Shown here: one piece after another, positions 1 to 10,964 of the stretch
Position numbering within the stretch: the first letter of the stretch is position 1
Layout: each line of letters starts with the position of its first letter
Origin: Podarcis muralis
Lineage: Eukaryota
DNA length: 64,000 bases
Assembly: GCF_964188315.1 (NCBI RefSeq)
Contig: NC_135659.1
Span: 59,396,001-59,460,000 of the forward strand
Direction: 5' to 3'
Translations under genes and position numbers: made by a program
Notes under the pieces: model-generated
The model's input: only the letters and a program-made list of their open reading frames with translations
The model's database searches: none
What the model was told of the DNA's origin: nothing

Positions 1-363
1 CACTGTGTCATCCCTGTCCCACGCTATTTGTCGAATGAAAGTGCATTCTGCTAGAAAAGTTATAATTTACAGTAGTTCTCAAGCGCTCACTGCACACATG
101 TGTATACAGAGAGCACTTCTTCCGGTCACCTGCTTCTTGGGACAGACTGTAACCTTCCCATGTTTACCTTGCCTAGGAATAAAAAAGGCAAAAATAGGAA
201 GCAGGGCAGTAACTCAGCTGCCTATGTATACCAGTTTAAATCCTCTGCATATCAGTATATCAACACACCAATTTCTGACCCCTTCTTCTGAAAACCTGAA
301 AAATATCTCTTTTTTGGGGGGGTGTTGGAAACATTATTTGAAGGGATGGGAATAGACAATACC

Positions 364-568
364 GTTGCACACTAGTCTGAAAACATGCATACCTGTGTGT
401 ACAGAAAACTTGGATAGGAGCTGCAACTGTGGATGATGTCATCGTGCAGAGGTACCGGTATATACAGTTGCAAACCTCTGTGTACTGTGGGGAAATGACC
501 TCTGTGGATATCAGAGGAGGCTACACGTGTACATGTGTACACGTGTACACAGAGGTGTTTTGTGCAAC
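364..568. mobile_element. Possible old palindromic MITE
   Basis: GTTGCACA (364-371) and TGTGCAAC (561-568) form an 8-bp inverted repeat; an internal inverted pair CCTCTGTGTAC/GTACACAGAGG is also present. Confidence 0.3.
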
Positions 569-674
569 TAGAGAGGGACCACAGCTTAATGGTAGAGCAA
601 TGCTTTGCATTCAGAAGTTCCTTAGTTCAATCCCTGACATCTCCATTTTTAAAAAAGAAACAAGGAGCAGGTGG

Positions 675-780
675 TGGGAAAGACCTCTGCCTTTAGGACC
701 TGGGAGAGCTGTTGCAAGTCAACAGGGTTAGAGATGGACATTTGACTGACCCGACAGAAGGCAGCTTCCTAGGTATCCTT
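675..780 (+). mobile_element. Squam2-like SINE, 3' part
   Basis: GGAGAGCTGTTGCAAGTC...AGATGGAC...AAGGCAGCTTCCTA matches the tail of the fuller copy at 39037-39218. Confidence 0.55.
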
Positions 781-1251
781 TGAAAATTGACTGTGACATC
801 ACTGGTGATGAGATACAATGGCTCTGCAGAATGTATGTGCATAAAATGCTTGTAATATGCAAACATATTCCTTGCTCTGTAGCAGTGGCCCACTGTTCAA
901 ATAAATATTTTGCTTAATTCCCCCCCCCCCCCAAGGATATATTCTTTCCTCTCTACTCTCCAGCGCTAGAAAGCACATCCTGTGAGCATCCATCCCAAAA
1001 AGGGGGGGTGGGGATTTTACAAAGTCACTTCCAGGGAAGAAGGAAGAATCTTATGACTATCTTGCATGAGATAAAGCAATCATTCTGGAGGGAGGAAATA
1101 AGCCCACTCTGTGTCAAAAAAAACCCCCAGTATCTTTGGGGATGCTTATCTTTATACTTCGGATTTTACATTCGAGTCTGAAAAATTCAAGACCGTTTTC
1201 AAAAGTTGCTACTTGTTGTTTGGTCTTGAGCAAGCTGTAAAGTCAGGATAA

Positions 1252-1606
1252 AGGTAAAGATAAAGGGACCCCTGACCATTAGGTCCAGTCGTGTCCGACT
1301 CTGGGGTTGCGGCACTCATCTTGCTTTATTGGCCGAGGGAGCCGGCGTACAGCTTCTGGGTCATGTGGCCAGTATGACTAAGCCGCTTCCGGCGAACCAG
1401 AGCAGCGCACGGAAACGCCGTTTACCTTCCCGCTGGAGCGGTACCTATTTATCTACTTGCACTTTGACGTGCTTTTGAACTGCTAGGTTGGCAGGAGCAG
1501 GGACCGAGCAACGGGAGCTCACCCCGTCGTGGGGATTCGAACCACCAACCTTCTGATCGGCAAGTCCTAGGCTCTGTGGTTTAACCCACAGCGCCACCCG
1601 TGTCCC
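1252..1606 (-). mobile_element. Sauria SINE (Squam1), full length
   Basis: The minus strand begins GGGACACGGGTGGCGCTGTGGGTTAAACC (tRNA-related head, box B GGTTCGAATCC) and ends in the BovB-related tail GGTCCCTTTATCTTTACCTT. TSD TA[A/G]AGTCAGGATAA at 1238-1251 and 1607-1620. Confidence 0.95.
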
Positions 1607-2725
1607 TAGAGTCAGGATAAGCCCCCTATATTATTTGCAACCTCTTGGCATGACTGTGAATTAAAAAAACAAAAACAAAACCAGAGTCCCAGGCTTTGGC
1701 ACCAAAAAACAAAAACCAGAGCCTGTGGGTACTGTCTGTGATTGCAAAAGGCCATTGCCCATGAATACCATCACCTGATCTGCATGCAGACAATGGCCTC
1801 TGAATGATATGCACATTTATTCTCACAGCTGGGGCTCTGTCTTCGGGAGGGGAGAGGAAACTACAGTGACCTTTAAGGCCCTCACATTTATTTTGTTTTT
1901 GAAAGCCTTGTCTGAAGGACAGAAAGGAAGGATGTTCCAGCCTTAGAAGAAGGTTCATGCAATTGCTTGTTCCTTTAAGCTCAGCCTGGAGGGGGAAAAA
2001 CAACATTTTGAAGCTAAACCATAAACTATTATTATATCATTCATTAGGGTGTGGGCCTCGATGTCACAGGGAGTAGGTATAGAAAATCATCCAAAACAAA
2101 ATATGTTATATAATTTATGGGCAGCTCCTTTCTGAGCTCACAAAAGGGGCTAGATGCTTCAAGGCTGACGTTCTAGGATAGAATGCACAAGCGAACAGTG
2201 AGTAAAGTGCAGTCATCCCTGTACAGAAAAAATACCAAAAATGAGCCGAAAATCCCTGATGTATCCATTGCCTAGTTTTCTGAACCAAGCCTTCCACAAA
2301 AGAATTAAGAGTGGAAATATTTCAGTGGTTAGAAGAAAAATTCCCTTTGGACATCAAGAAAGTCAAAGAAAAGGCCAATAAGGCAGAGGGCTGTGTGCTT
2401 CTGGTATTATATTTTCCTCAGTTGCATTTTGAAAATATGTAAAGGGTTGGAAAAAGGCTTAAGTCCTGTTATCAGAAGAGTTAATCTGGGGTTAACTCTA
2501 AGGGGGAGTAAGGAGTGGGTTGACACTTTCTGGCCGTGTGCTCAAACTTCACGAATTTATCTGGCCCATCCTCACAGAGGTTTGCATGCATGAGCTGAAC
2601 CCATGTAGGGTAAAAGCAGGACTGAGTCAAGGTTTCAGGGGGCATTGGACAAAGTGCCCTCTGGTGAGCCTTCTCCTCCATTGGTAGGCCCCAGTGGGTG
2701 TGCAACAGTGCACCAGGGCACACAC

Positions 2726-2808
2726 CTGGGTCTAACTGCCATTTTAATTTCCCCTGATGCAGCAGCTCTTGGTGAATTATGGGAAATTAAAATGGCAGTT
2801 AGACCCAG
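2726..2808. repeat. Perfect 28-bp inverted repeat (hairpin)
   Basis: CTGGGTCTAACTGCCATTTTAATTTCCC (2726-2753) is the exact reverse complement of 2781-2808; the 27-nt spacer is partly self-complementary. Confidence 0.95.
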
Positions 2809-3779
2809 TCGGCTGACACTGCTTAGGGTGTGGCAATGTGGTTTGGTTGGGGGGGGGGTTGGGTTTGTTTTTTTTAAAGTGGGATCTAAGTCAAACAGTG
2901 GGCCTATCAAGGACTAGAGTCATGAAGTTCACTGGGTCTTGGGTTTCTGGAGGGCAGATCCAGATCATCAAGTTCCATATTAATACATATTAATACTAGC
3001 ATCCTGGTTAAAGAAGACAAGACAAGCTTTGTTAGCAGTTCCTACATAGCAGGGGTTTATTCCACAGTAAAGCAGGACAGCCTGGGCTGGGTTAATGATC
3101 TTTTCTGCTTCCTAACTCACTTTTTCTCTCACGGTTCTGAATTCTGCCTTCTGCTATGCTTCTGTTTCATCTGAGCTTTCCACTCAACATCTTGTTGCAC
3201 ACCACCAGTCTTGGTTCCTGCAGTCCTTAGCTTCATGGAGTCTTTATGATATATGGTTTTAATTGCACATAAATACAGGCAGAGCATAAGATGGAAGCAC
3301 TCACAGGATTAGCACTACAACAGGTGTCAAGCCATAGCTTTGGATTCAGCAGAGAGAGCAAATCAGACCTCTGTGTCTTTCCAACTCCAGATAAGGTCTG
3401 TTGTTCTCTTACAATCACCAATGGCATCTCTTCCAACCAGGGGGAGGACTGCCTTTTAGCCCCTTCTTGGAAATGACTTCAGCTAGCCATTTCTGTGTCA
3501 GGCAGCCTGTCACCTGTACTCTTTAGTCATGCAAATAACACATTGCAGATTTGGCTAGAGCCATTGGTTGAACAAAGACTCTCTTTCTACAGAATCCCAT
3601 CTTCCAGACATAAAGCCACCGGCTTGGAGAGAACACAAGATGACATCAAGATGAACCCCATTCCTATAATGATAGCTAGATATCTCTCTATATATATTTT
3701 CCAGAGGGGTGGTCATGTTGCTCCATCTCATGAAAAACAACAAAGAATCATGGCACCTTCAAGCCTAACACATTTATTA

Positions 3780-3820
3780 TGACATAAGCTTCTGTGGCCT
3801 AGAGCCCGCTTCATCAGATG
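3780..3820. mobile_element. Possible Penelope-like terminal fragment
   Basis: GACATAAGCTTCTGTGGCCTAGAGCCCGCTTCATCAGATG resembles the AAGCTT...CCACTTCATCAGATG terminal motif of reptile Penelope elements (recalled, not aligned). Confidence 0.35.
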
Positions 3821-4075
3821 TGTAGTGAATATAGGTGTTTCTGTATGTGTGTTTGTGTGTGGGTTTTTTTAAGCTGCAGACTTGTTCACTGATGACTGTT
3901 ACATGGAAACATACACATGAACCTCCTCCTGTGAAAAAGAAATGTTTTCCTTTCCTTTCCTTTCTTTTTTGAAAGAAAATAAGCTTTGATCAGACCTTTG
4001 CAAAGAAGATGACCTTTGCTGTACTTCTTCACTGCTCACCCATGTCCACAGAGCTGTTTGTCTCTGACAGATTTG

Positions 4076-4209
4076 NNNNNNNNNNNNNNNNNNNNNNNNN
4101 NNNNNNNNNNNNNNNNNNNNNNNNNNNNNNNNNNNNNNNNNNNNNNNNNNNNNNNNNNNNNNNNNNNNNNNNNNNNNNNNNNNNNNNNNNNNNNNNNNNN
4201 NNNNNNNNN
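4076..4209. other. Assembly gap (134 N)
   Basis: Run of N. Confidence 1.
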
Positions 4210-5132
4210 TAGCCTGGGATTAATAGAAATTCCTCCCAAAGCCCAGTCTTCATAATGGTCTCAGATGCTGAGGAAAGAAAGAAGGAAAGAAAGATTTCAC
4301 AAGCAGCCACGTTCAGCGACACTCCCTCCAGCTGTCCTTGCAAAATGCCCTCTTAATAACCCTTTTTTAAAAGCTCTGGTTGTTCTGCTGTGATTAACTG
4401 GCTTTTTTTCCAGTCACAAGGGCTAACTGAAGCAAAAGTTTCCATACCACGAAGAAGCAGAGTAATGAACTCTCCTAAGGAAGCTGGGCCCACTTTATAT
4501 ATATCTCCTGCCTCCCTGCCTCAGCAAAATAGCAGGTTTGAATTAGCGTGTTTTTAAGCAAGAGCAGATGCAGGCTAGGACTGCAGCTAGCACAGCGTGG
4601 ATGGCGCAGCTACTTGAGGAGGAATATTTTGGACAGCAAAAAGCCTTTTTCTTTTAAACAGTTCATAAAGTGGGTTTTTCCCTTTCTTTCCTTCATAGCC
4701 CTGATATTTTCTGAGGTAGGGCTGGGCCCAGTTCTCACTTCTTCGTTCCAGCCAGCAGTGCGACCTTAAGCAATTTATGAGGACAATATTTTGAGTGCTC
4801 AAAGCTCTTGTAATTGGAGCTGAGTTTTTTACATGAGATTTTTACATTTGTCCCAGGTGAAAGCTGGAGATGGGATAAGTCTGATATTGTTATGCAGTAG
4901 GTGTCTCCCTACATGATGTTTCTTGGCATCAATTGGTGGAATAGTTATTGGTACTAAATAGCTGGCTGTGTGACAATGTCTTTGATAAGTGTCTGGGTGG
5001 GGATGGGATGACTCTTTTAACCCCCCTTTTATCATGCTAAGAAGGATTACATCATCAAGTATGGTATATCAGGTGCTTGTACACAATTCCCTTTTCTTCA
5101 TCTGTCCTGGAGTTTCGAGTTTTTGGTTGCTT

Positions 5133-5456
5133 ATAAGAATAAGAATTTATTATTTATACCCCACCCATCTGGCTAGGTTTCCCTAGCCACTCTGGGCAGC
5201 TTCCAACAAAATATTAAAAATACAATGAAACATCAGACATTAAAAACTTCCCTAAACAGGGCTGACTTCAGATGTCTTCTAAAAGTCAGATAGTTGTTTA
5301 TTTCCTGGACATCTGATGGGAAGGCTTTCCACAGGGAGGGCACCACTACCGAGAAGGCCCTCTGCCTGGTTCCCTGTAACTTCGCTTCTCGCAGTGAGGG
5401 AACCACCAGAAGGCCCTCAGCACTGGACCTCAGTGCCCGGGCTGAATGATGGGGGT
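5133..5456 (-). mobile_element. L2 LINE 3' end, 5'-truncated, same family as 19953-22280
   Basis: Near-identical to 19985-20297, e.g. CACCACTACCGAGAAGGCCCTCTGCCTGGTTCCCTGTA and AAAAACTTCCCT. Confidence 0.92.
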
Positions 5457-6949
5457 GAACAGATTAGCAGTCAAGGGCCTGAAGTTTCAGCCCAGTGTTC
5501 TCAATGCAATATTCACAAGCTCATCTCCACTGCTGACACCAAGGGCAGTTGTTTGCTATAAGGCAGGCAAAGTTGCATCTTTTCTTTAAATAACTATTCA
5601 GCTGTTCTAAAAACTGCCAAACTTCATAAGCACTCTTCACCATATAAAATGTGGGTGGTCACAACAGAACAGTCTGAAAGGGAGGGGATACTGAAAATGG
5701 ACAAATTGCCATATTTCCACAAATTTATTGCGGGTTGCATGGATGCAATTGGACAAATGCAACATTTACTGGAATTTCTTGAGCAGATAGGAAAGAAGTA
5801 CATGTTTTATGGAAGCATACTTAGCCTGGATTTACACACATAAAACAAGCATTTCAGTTTAAAGCATTGTAAATTTAAGCAGGGAAAACAGGTAGAGAAA
5901 AACAGGACTCCACATCGCCACCTCGTAGCACAATGTTCTATACAGCACATACAACACATATCAACTCTTTTTCTTTACCAATCTGAGTCCTTAGTTTGAG
6001 GACAGTGAGGGATGAAAGGGGAAAGAAAATGATAGGTGAATTGCCTGCTGGTGGAGCAGACCTTAGATCATCTTTCCACATCTGATAATTGGGACCTGAT
6101 TCCAGCTGACAATCCAATCTAACTCTAGATGAAATTTAGCAGGCAGTGTTATTCTTTCGCAATTGATTAGGTTTTAATCTCATAAGCAGGAGACATGCTC
6201 AGTGTTTGCACAGTTGCTTGGAAACATGTTGCTGAAAGCAGCTCCGTTACAGTTTAGATGGGAATGTGCCTGTTTTCTTCTAATAGAGAATGAAGGGTTT
6301 TTTTGTACATAAAACCTATTCCTCAAGGCTCGCAGTTGGCCATGCTCTTTCATTGTGGTTGCACCTTCTCTCTGGTTCTGATACAATGCTTACTATAAAA
6401 CAGGCCTTGGCAAAGCAGAATCATCTCTGAAGGGCAGCTCAGCTTCTATAAAATGTTCAGCTCTGGAGTTCTCTGCTCTGAGTGTTGCTCAGGGAAGTAT
6501 ACGATGATATGATTTGTGTGAACCAGTCACATTCCTATTGGATAGTTCTGAAACAATGGTGGAATGTCTCTGTCTATCCCTACAGTCACATTTGCCCCTA
6601 ACCTAAAGATGGCAGCTAAGTAGCAGGTGGCCAGCACAGACACCACATTTAAAAGCTGTCTTAGAGAAAACACCAATATTATTGAAGAAGGGAAAGAATC
6701 AATGTGGCTTTATTAAAGGCAAGTCACACAACCAAATTTTTGGATTAAAACATAGACAGTTGGAGGGGGTGGATGCTAGACCAAGATTCTTGCTGGTATT
6801 AGAACAGAAACTTTATTCTAATTCAGTATGAACCCCCCCCCCATGAAAGACTTTAAAATGCTGACTTCTAGAAACGAGAAGGATGCTTCATTATGTGACT
6901 AAGCAATTTGATGACAAACTTAGGTTTGGAAAGCAGTACTTATGTGTTA

Positions 6950-7335
6950 TCTACACAAAAGTCATTATTTAGTCCAGTGCTGTTAAGGATTTTCATGAAT
7001 GACTTAAATGAAATAATAGATTGAGTATTTATCAGATTGGAGAATTGTACAAAATTGGGAAAGGCAGGAAACACTGGAGGGTAAGGTAAACATACGAAAT
7101 GATCTCCGTTCACTGGAAATCCAAGAAGACAGTAGGCAAGACAATGACATGCAACGAGGCACAAGCAAAGCTCCCACACAGGAAAGGACAAAATGTTCAG
7201 CTATAAAATGGAGGTTAGTGGGCTGCAGGACTTGCAGGAAAGATTTAGGGGGATACGGTGGATTACAAACTGCACGTTAATCAACAATGTGATGTTGCTG
7301 CATAAAATGCCAACGGTGGTTTAGGTTGCAATAAT
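6950..7335 (+). mobile_element. Degraded CR1 LINE RT fragment
   Basis: Remnants of CR1 motifs GPVLFNIFINDL (AGTCCAGTGCTGTTAAGGATTTTCATGAATGACTTA) and QQCDVAA..ANA.LGCI (CAACAATGTGATGTTGCTGC...GCCAAC...TTAGGTTGCAAT), with many stops and indels. Confidence 0.7.
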
Positions 7336-7599
7336 AACTGGGACATAATTTTCAAGATTTGTGATGCAGTCGCCAGCTGTGTTCCATACAGGAGTGCATG
7401 CTATTTGGCTGGCTGATACCAAGAAGCAGCAGCCGCTGAGCAGGAGCAGATGGTCCAGCTGCTCACAGTTCATCATTACCATGCGGCGAACAAGGAAGAG
7501 CTTCCACCAAGTAGCAGGGATGGAGGTAGGTACATAAGGAGCTCAGGACTGCAGATCAGGGCAAAAACTGCTTCATGGAACTCAAGGTGGCATATGCAC

Positions 7600-7725
7600 C
7601 TCCCCTTCTCCATTTCATCCTCACAACAATCCTGTATGATAAGTATGGCTGAGAGATTCTGAGTAGCTCAAGATCAGCCAGTAGAATTATGGCTGAGTGG
7701 GTATTTGAACCATGGTCACCTAGGC
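7600..7725 (-). mobile_element. MIR/CORE-type SINE (Squam3-like) fragment
   Basis: CCTCACAACAATCCTGT...GGCTGAGAGA...ATGGCTGAGTGGGTATTTGAACC is the reverse of the CORE/box-B region. Confidence 0.65.
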
Positions 7726-7865
7726 ATTTGTCCGGCACTGTGATGGGGCAGTGGTGCTCACCTGACCTCCCAATAGCTGAGTTGTTGTGGAGGGAGAGCA
7801 GCAAGGCAGTGGGGAAGTCAGTATGGTGCAAACAATGGCAACTTCCACTTAAAAAAAAAAGTAAT

Positions 7866-8473
7866 AGATAAAGGACCCCTAGATGGTTAAGTCCAGTCAA
7901 ACTTGACTACAGTGGTACCTTAATTCGTTCCGGAGGTCCATTTTTAACCTGAAACTGTTCTTAATCTGAAGCACCACTTTAGATAATGGGGCCTCCTGCT
8001 GCCGCCCCGCCACCAGAGCACAATTTCTGTTCTCATCCTGAAGCAAAGTTCTTAACCCGAGGTACTATTTCTGGATTAGCGGAGTCTGTAACCTCAAGCA
8101 TCTGTAACCTGAAGCGTCTGTAACCCAAGGTACCACTGTATAAGGTTGCGGTGCTCATCTTGCTTTCAGGCCAAGGGAGCTGGCTTCTGTCCACAGACAG
8201 CTTTCCAGGTGATGTGGCCAGCATGACTAAACCGCTTCTGGTGCAACGGTACACCATGATGGAAACCAGAGCACACAGAAACATTGTTTACCTTCCTGCC
8301 ACAGTGGTATCTGTTTATCTACTTGCACTGGTATGCTTTCAAACTGCTAGGTTGGCAGGAGCTGGGACAGAGCAACAGGAGCTCACCCTGTTGAGGGGAT
8401 TCGAACAGCTGACCTTCCAATTGGCAAGCCCAAGAAGGTTCAGAGGTTTTGACCACAGCACCACCCGCGCCCC
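7866..8473 (-). mobile_element. Sauria SINE interrupted by a Tc1/mariner MITE
   Basis: Homologous to 1252-1606 on both sides of 7910-8138 (GTCCAGTC...GACTA | TAAGGTTGCGG...TATCTACTTGCACT...CCACAGCACCACCCGCG). Confidence 0.9.
7910..8138. mobile_element. Tc1/mariner(pogo/Tigger)-type MITE
   Basis: TIR CAGTGGTACC...GGTACCACTG, flanked by TA at 7908-7909 and 8139-8140; short deletion just inside the left TIR. Confidence 0.92.
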
Positions 8474-8858
8474 ACTATACCACAACTTCCACTATATCAC
8501 ACTGTCTCTACTTGCAGTGGACTTACAAGTGAACCTCCTTGTAGACTTATTGACTTGCTTGCTTTGAGACCTACTAGTAAAGTCTTATGCCCTAGAAGTG
8601 AAGCCCACTGTTTTTGTTGCACCTTCCCCAAATGCACTGCTAGCATAATATTCCTGTAACTTATAGGCAGGTTTTCATTGCCATTTCAGAACCAGCAAAC
8701 TAATGAATGGATGGATGAACTAAAACGGGGTATCAATGCCTAGATCTCTTATTTAGGCACGAGCCAATACGTTCCACTGTTTAAATCCCCTTATTCACTT
8801 CCAGGAAACTGGCAAAGGCTGCTAACCACTAAAGGCTTCTGGGATGGTGCTTCACATT

Positions 8859-8923
8859 CCAGACAGAGATTATGAGTAGTTTCTTGCACAAGCCAGACAG
8901 AGATTATGAGTAGTTTCTTGCAC
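8859..8923. repeat. 31-bp direct duplication
   Basis: CCAGACAGAGATTATGAGTAGTTTCTTGCAC at 8859-8889 and 8893-8923, separated by AAG. Confidence 0.95.
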
Positions 8924-10964
8924 TATTCATCAAAGGCCTGTGCTGCACATAAAGATCAGAATTGCATCACCCCCTTATGAGAAAACCCATTCAAGGCACT
9001 TTGTATAAATATAAAAGTGCAACTTAAAATAGTAGCAACAACCTTGGCATGGGGTGTGTTCCAATGATTTGTGATTAGTGTGGGTTAATGGGGTCTTTGG
9101 ATGCATCTAAGTCATTAAAGTCCTCCCAGTCAGTCATTAATCCCCAGGAAATGCCCTGTGACTGGGATAATTGATACTTAATTAATTAAACCTCCCTACT
9201 CAGAGCATTGGGCCAGATCTTAAAGTCATTATGCTAGCCCATGATCCAAGTCATTCTGAAGCGAATGAAAAGGCTCCCCCTGGTGCATTTCAGGTTTGTG
9301 GGTAAGAAATCAGATCACTAATCCTTCTTACCTATGAGATTCTGCCTCAACAAGAGTTTAGTAAGAGGCACATAGGATGTGCTCAGCGGATCGAATGAAA
9401 AGTGCGGAAAATTAGGGGTGTGCAAAAGATTTGGACAGATCCTAAACCAAGAACCAAGTTGAGGTCACTTCAGATAGATTTGAGGCTTGTATGAGCTGGA
9501 GCAATATCTCTCCAAAGTCCCCTGAACCTTAAAGGCGCTTGTAAGCGTTGGAGCTTAAAAAGAAATGCTACAGACTGCAAAAATTGAAACCTTTCTCCCC
9601 AAGCTTGCCATACAAGTGTGGGGAAAGAAGGGAAAGGGAGTTGTTTTATGACTGACATGTCTAGCATCTAATCAGAAGGGATTGTTTCACTAGGGTTCTC
9701 CAATTATGGTGATTTGGCAAGGAAGTTTGAAGTAACATTTATCCCCCCCCCCCATCCATTTAAAATGTCCACCATGTGATAAATGTATCCCTCCAGCTAT
9801 CTTTCTAGAGACAGGAAAACCCACATACTTCCCACTGACCCTCCCACAGCTGCCTTCTCAGGATTTCTTGTTAGAAAGAGAAATAAAAAGCAATTTATCA
9901 AAATAATGACTTTAATTTCAATGTGTCTTTGGTGATTTATTGACATGCAGTCCAGGATCATATTTCTGCTAAGCAAAAAATAGACAAATGGTGCTTAGCG
10001 TTAAGCTATTAGGAACTAACGGTGGAAAGGGAGAGAGGAGGCCATCTTGAGGAAACAAGATTCAGTCGGTTCAAGTCATAAAAGCAAGCAAATAAAGGAA
10101 ACAATTATTTTCTTGTTCTTCTTGCAGATGTAATGTGATGCCATCATGGGGAGTGGTAACAATCCTGTTGCAAACATGGGATTTCTCATAAGCGAAGTTT
10201 CCAGTTCATTGCACCACCTGCTTTTTGCCCCTTTAACTGACAATATCACATCACACTGGCACAAGAATGTTCATAGGCCAGAATACATGTTTTCCAGAGG
10301 TATAGCGTTTCCAGTGCTGTTGAAAGTAGGAGCAGTATTTATCTATTTAAAGATATTTATAACCTCTCCTTAATTTGTACTGAAACAATCTTGTCTTGTC
10401 AAGCAGGTATAATTTAACAATAAGATTACTCTGCAATCAAAGAAACAATTCTAAGCACTGGGCATTGCAAAAAAGAAAAGTGGGGGCACAACAGCATTAA
10501 AATATAGCATTAAGGGTCTTTCAGGGGCAGTTAGTATATAAAACAAAATATGGCTACATATATTGTTATTTTTTGCCTTCACCTGCCAAAGTGTCTCATG
10601 GGGGTGGGGAGTTCAGGCATCTGGAGAGTGTCTTGTCACAGAACTTTCTCAAAGTACACAAGTGAAAACTAGATGATGCATATACTGTACAGATGAAAAG
10701 CCATATTGCTCATTAAATAAACAGTCCCAAGCTCACAAGAGGAGAAGAGCATACTGGGCTCTCTGTCCCTACCTCCTGGGACGTCTGACAGCAACAGCAC
10801 CCCCAGCCTAAGTGACAACTTTCTCTTTTGCAAACAGATAAATTGCTTGAACACCAGAAGATTCTGCCTGTCACTTGCATTCTGAGTCCATCAAGTGTCA
10901 GGCTTCATCACAAACACAATATAAAATAAAACAATTAAATAAAAGACCAAAACCAATTTCCCGT

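Noticed and set aside
9332-9441. Minus-strand 110-nt exon with donor TAG|GTAAGA
   Set aside because: One frame is open but the peptide is unrecognisable, and the segment overlaps probable DNA-transposon remnants (TAGGGGTGTGCA).
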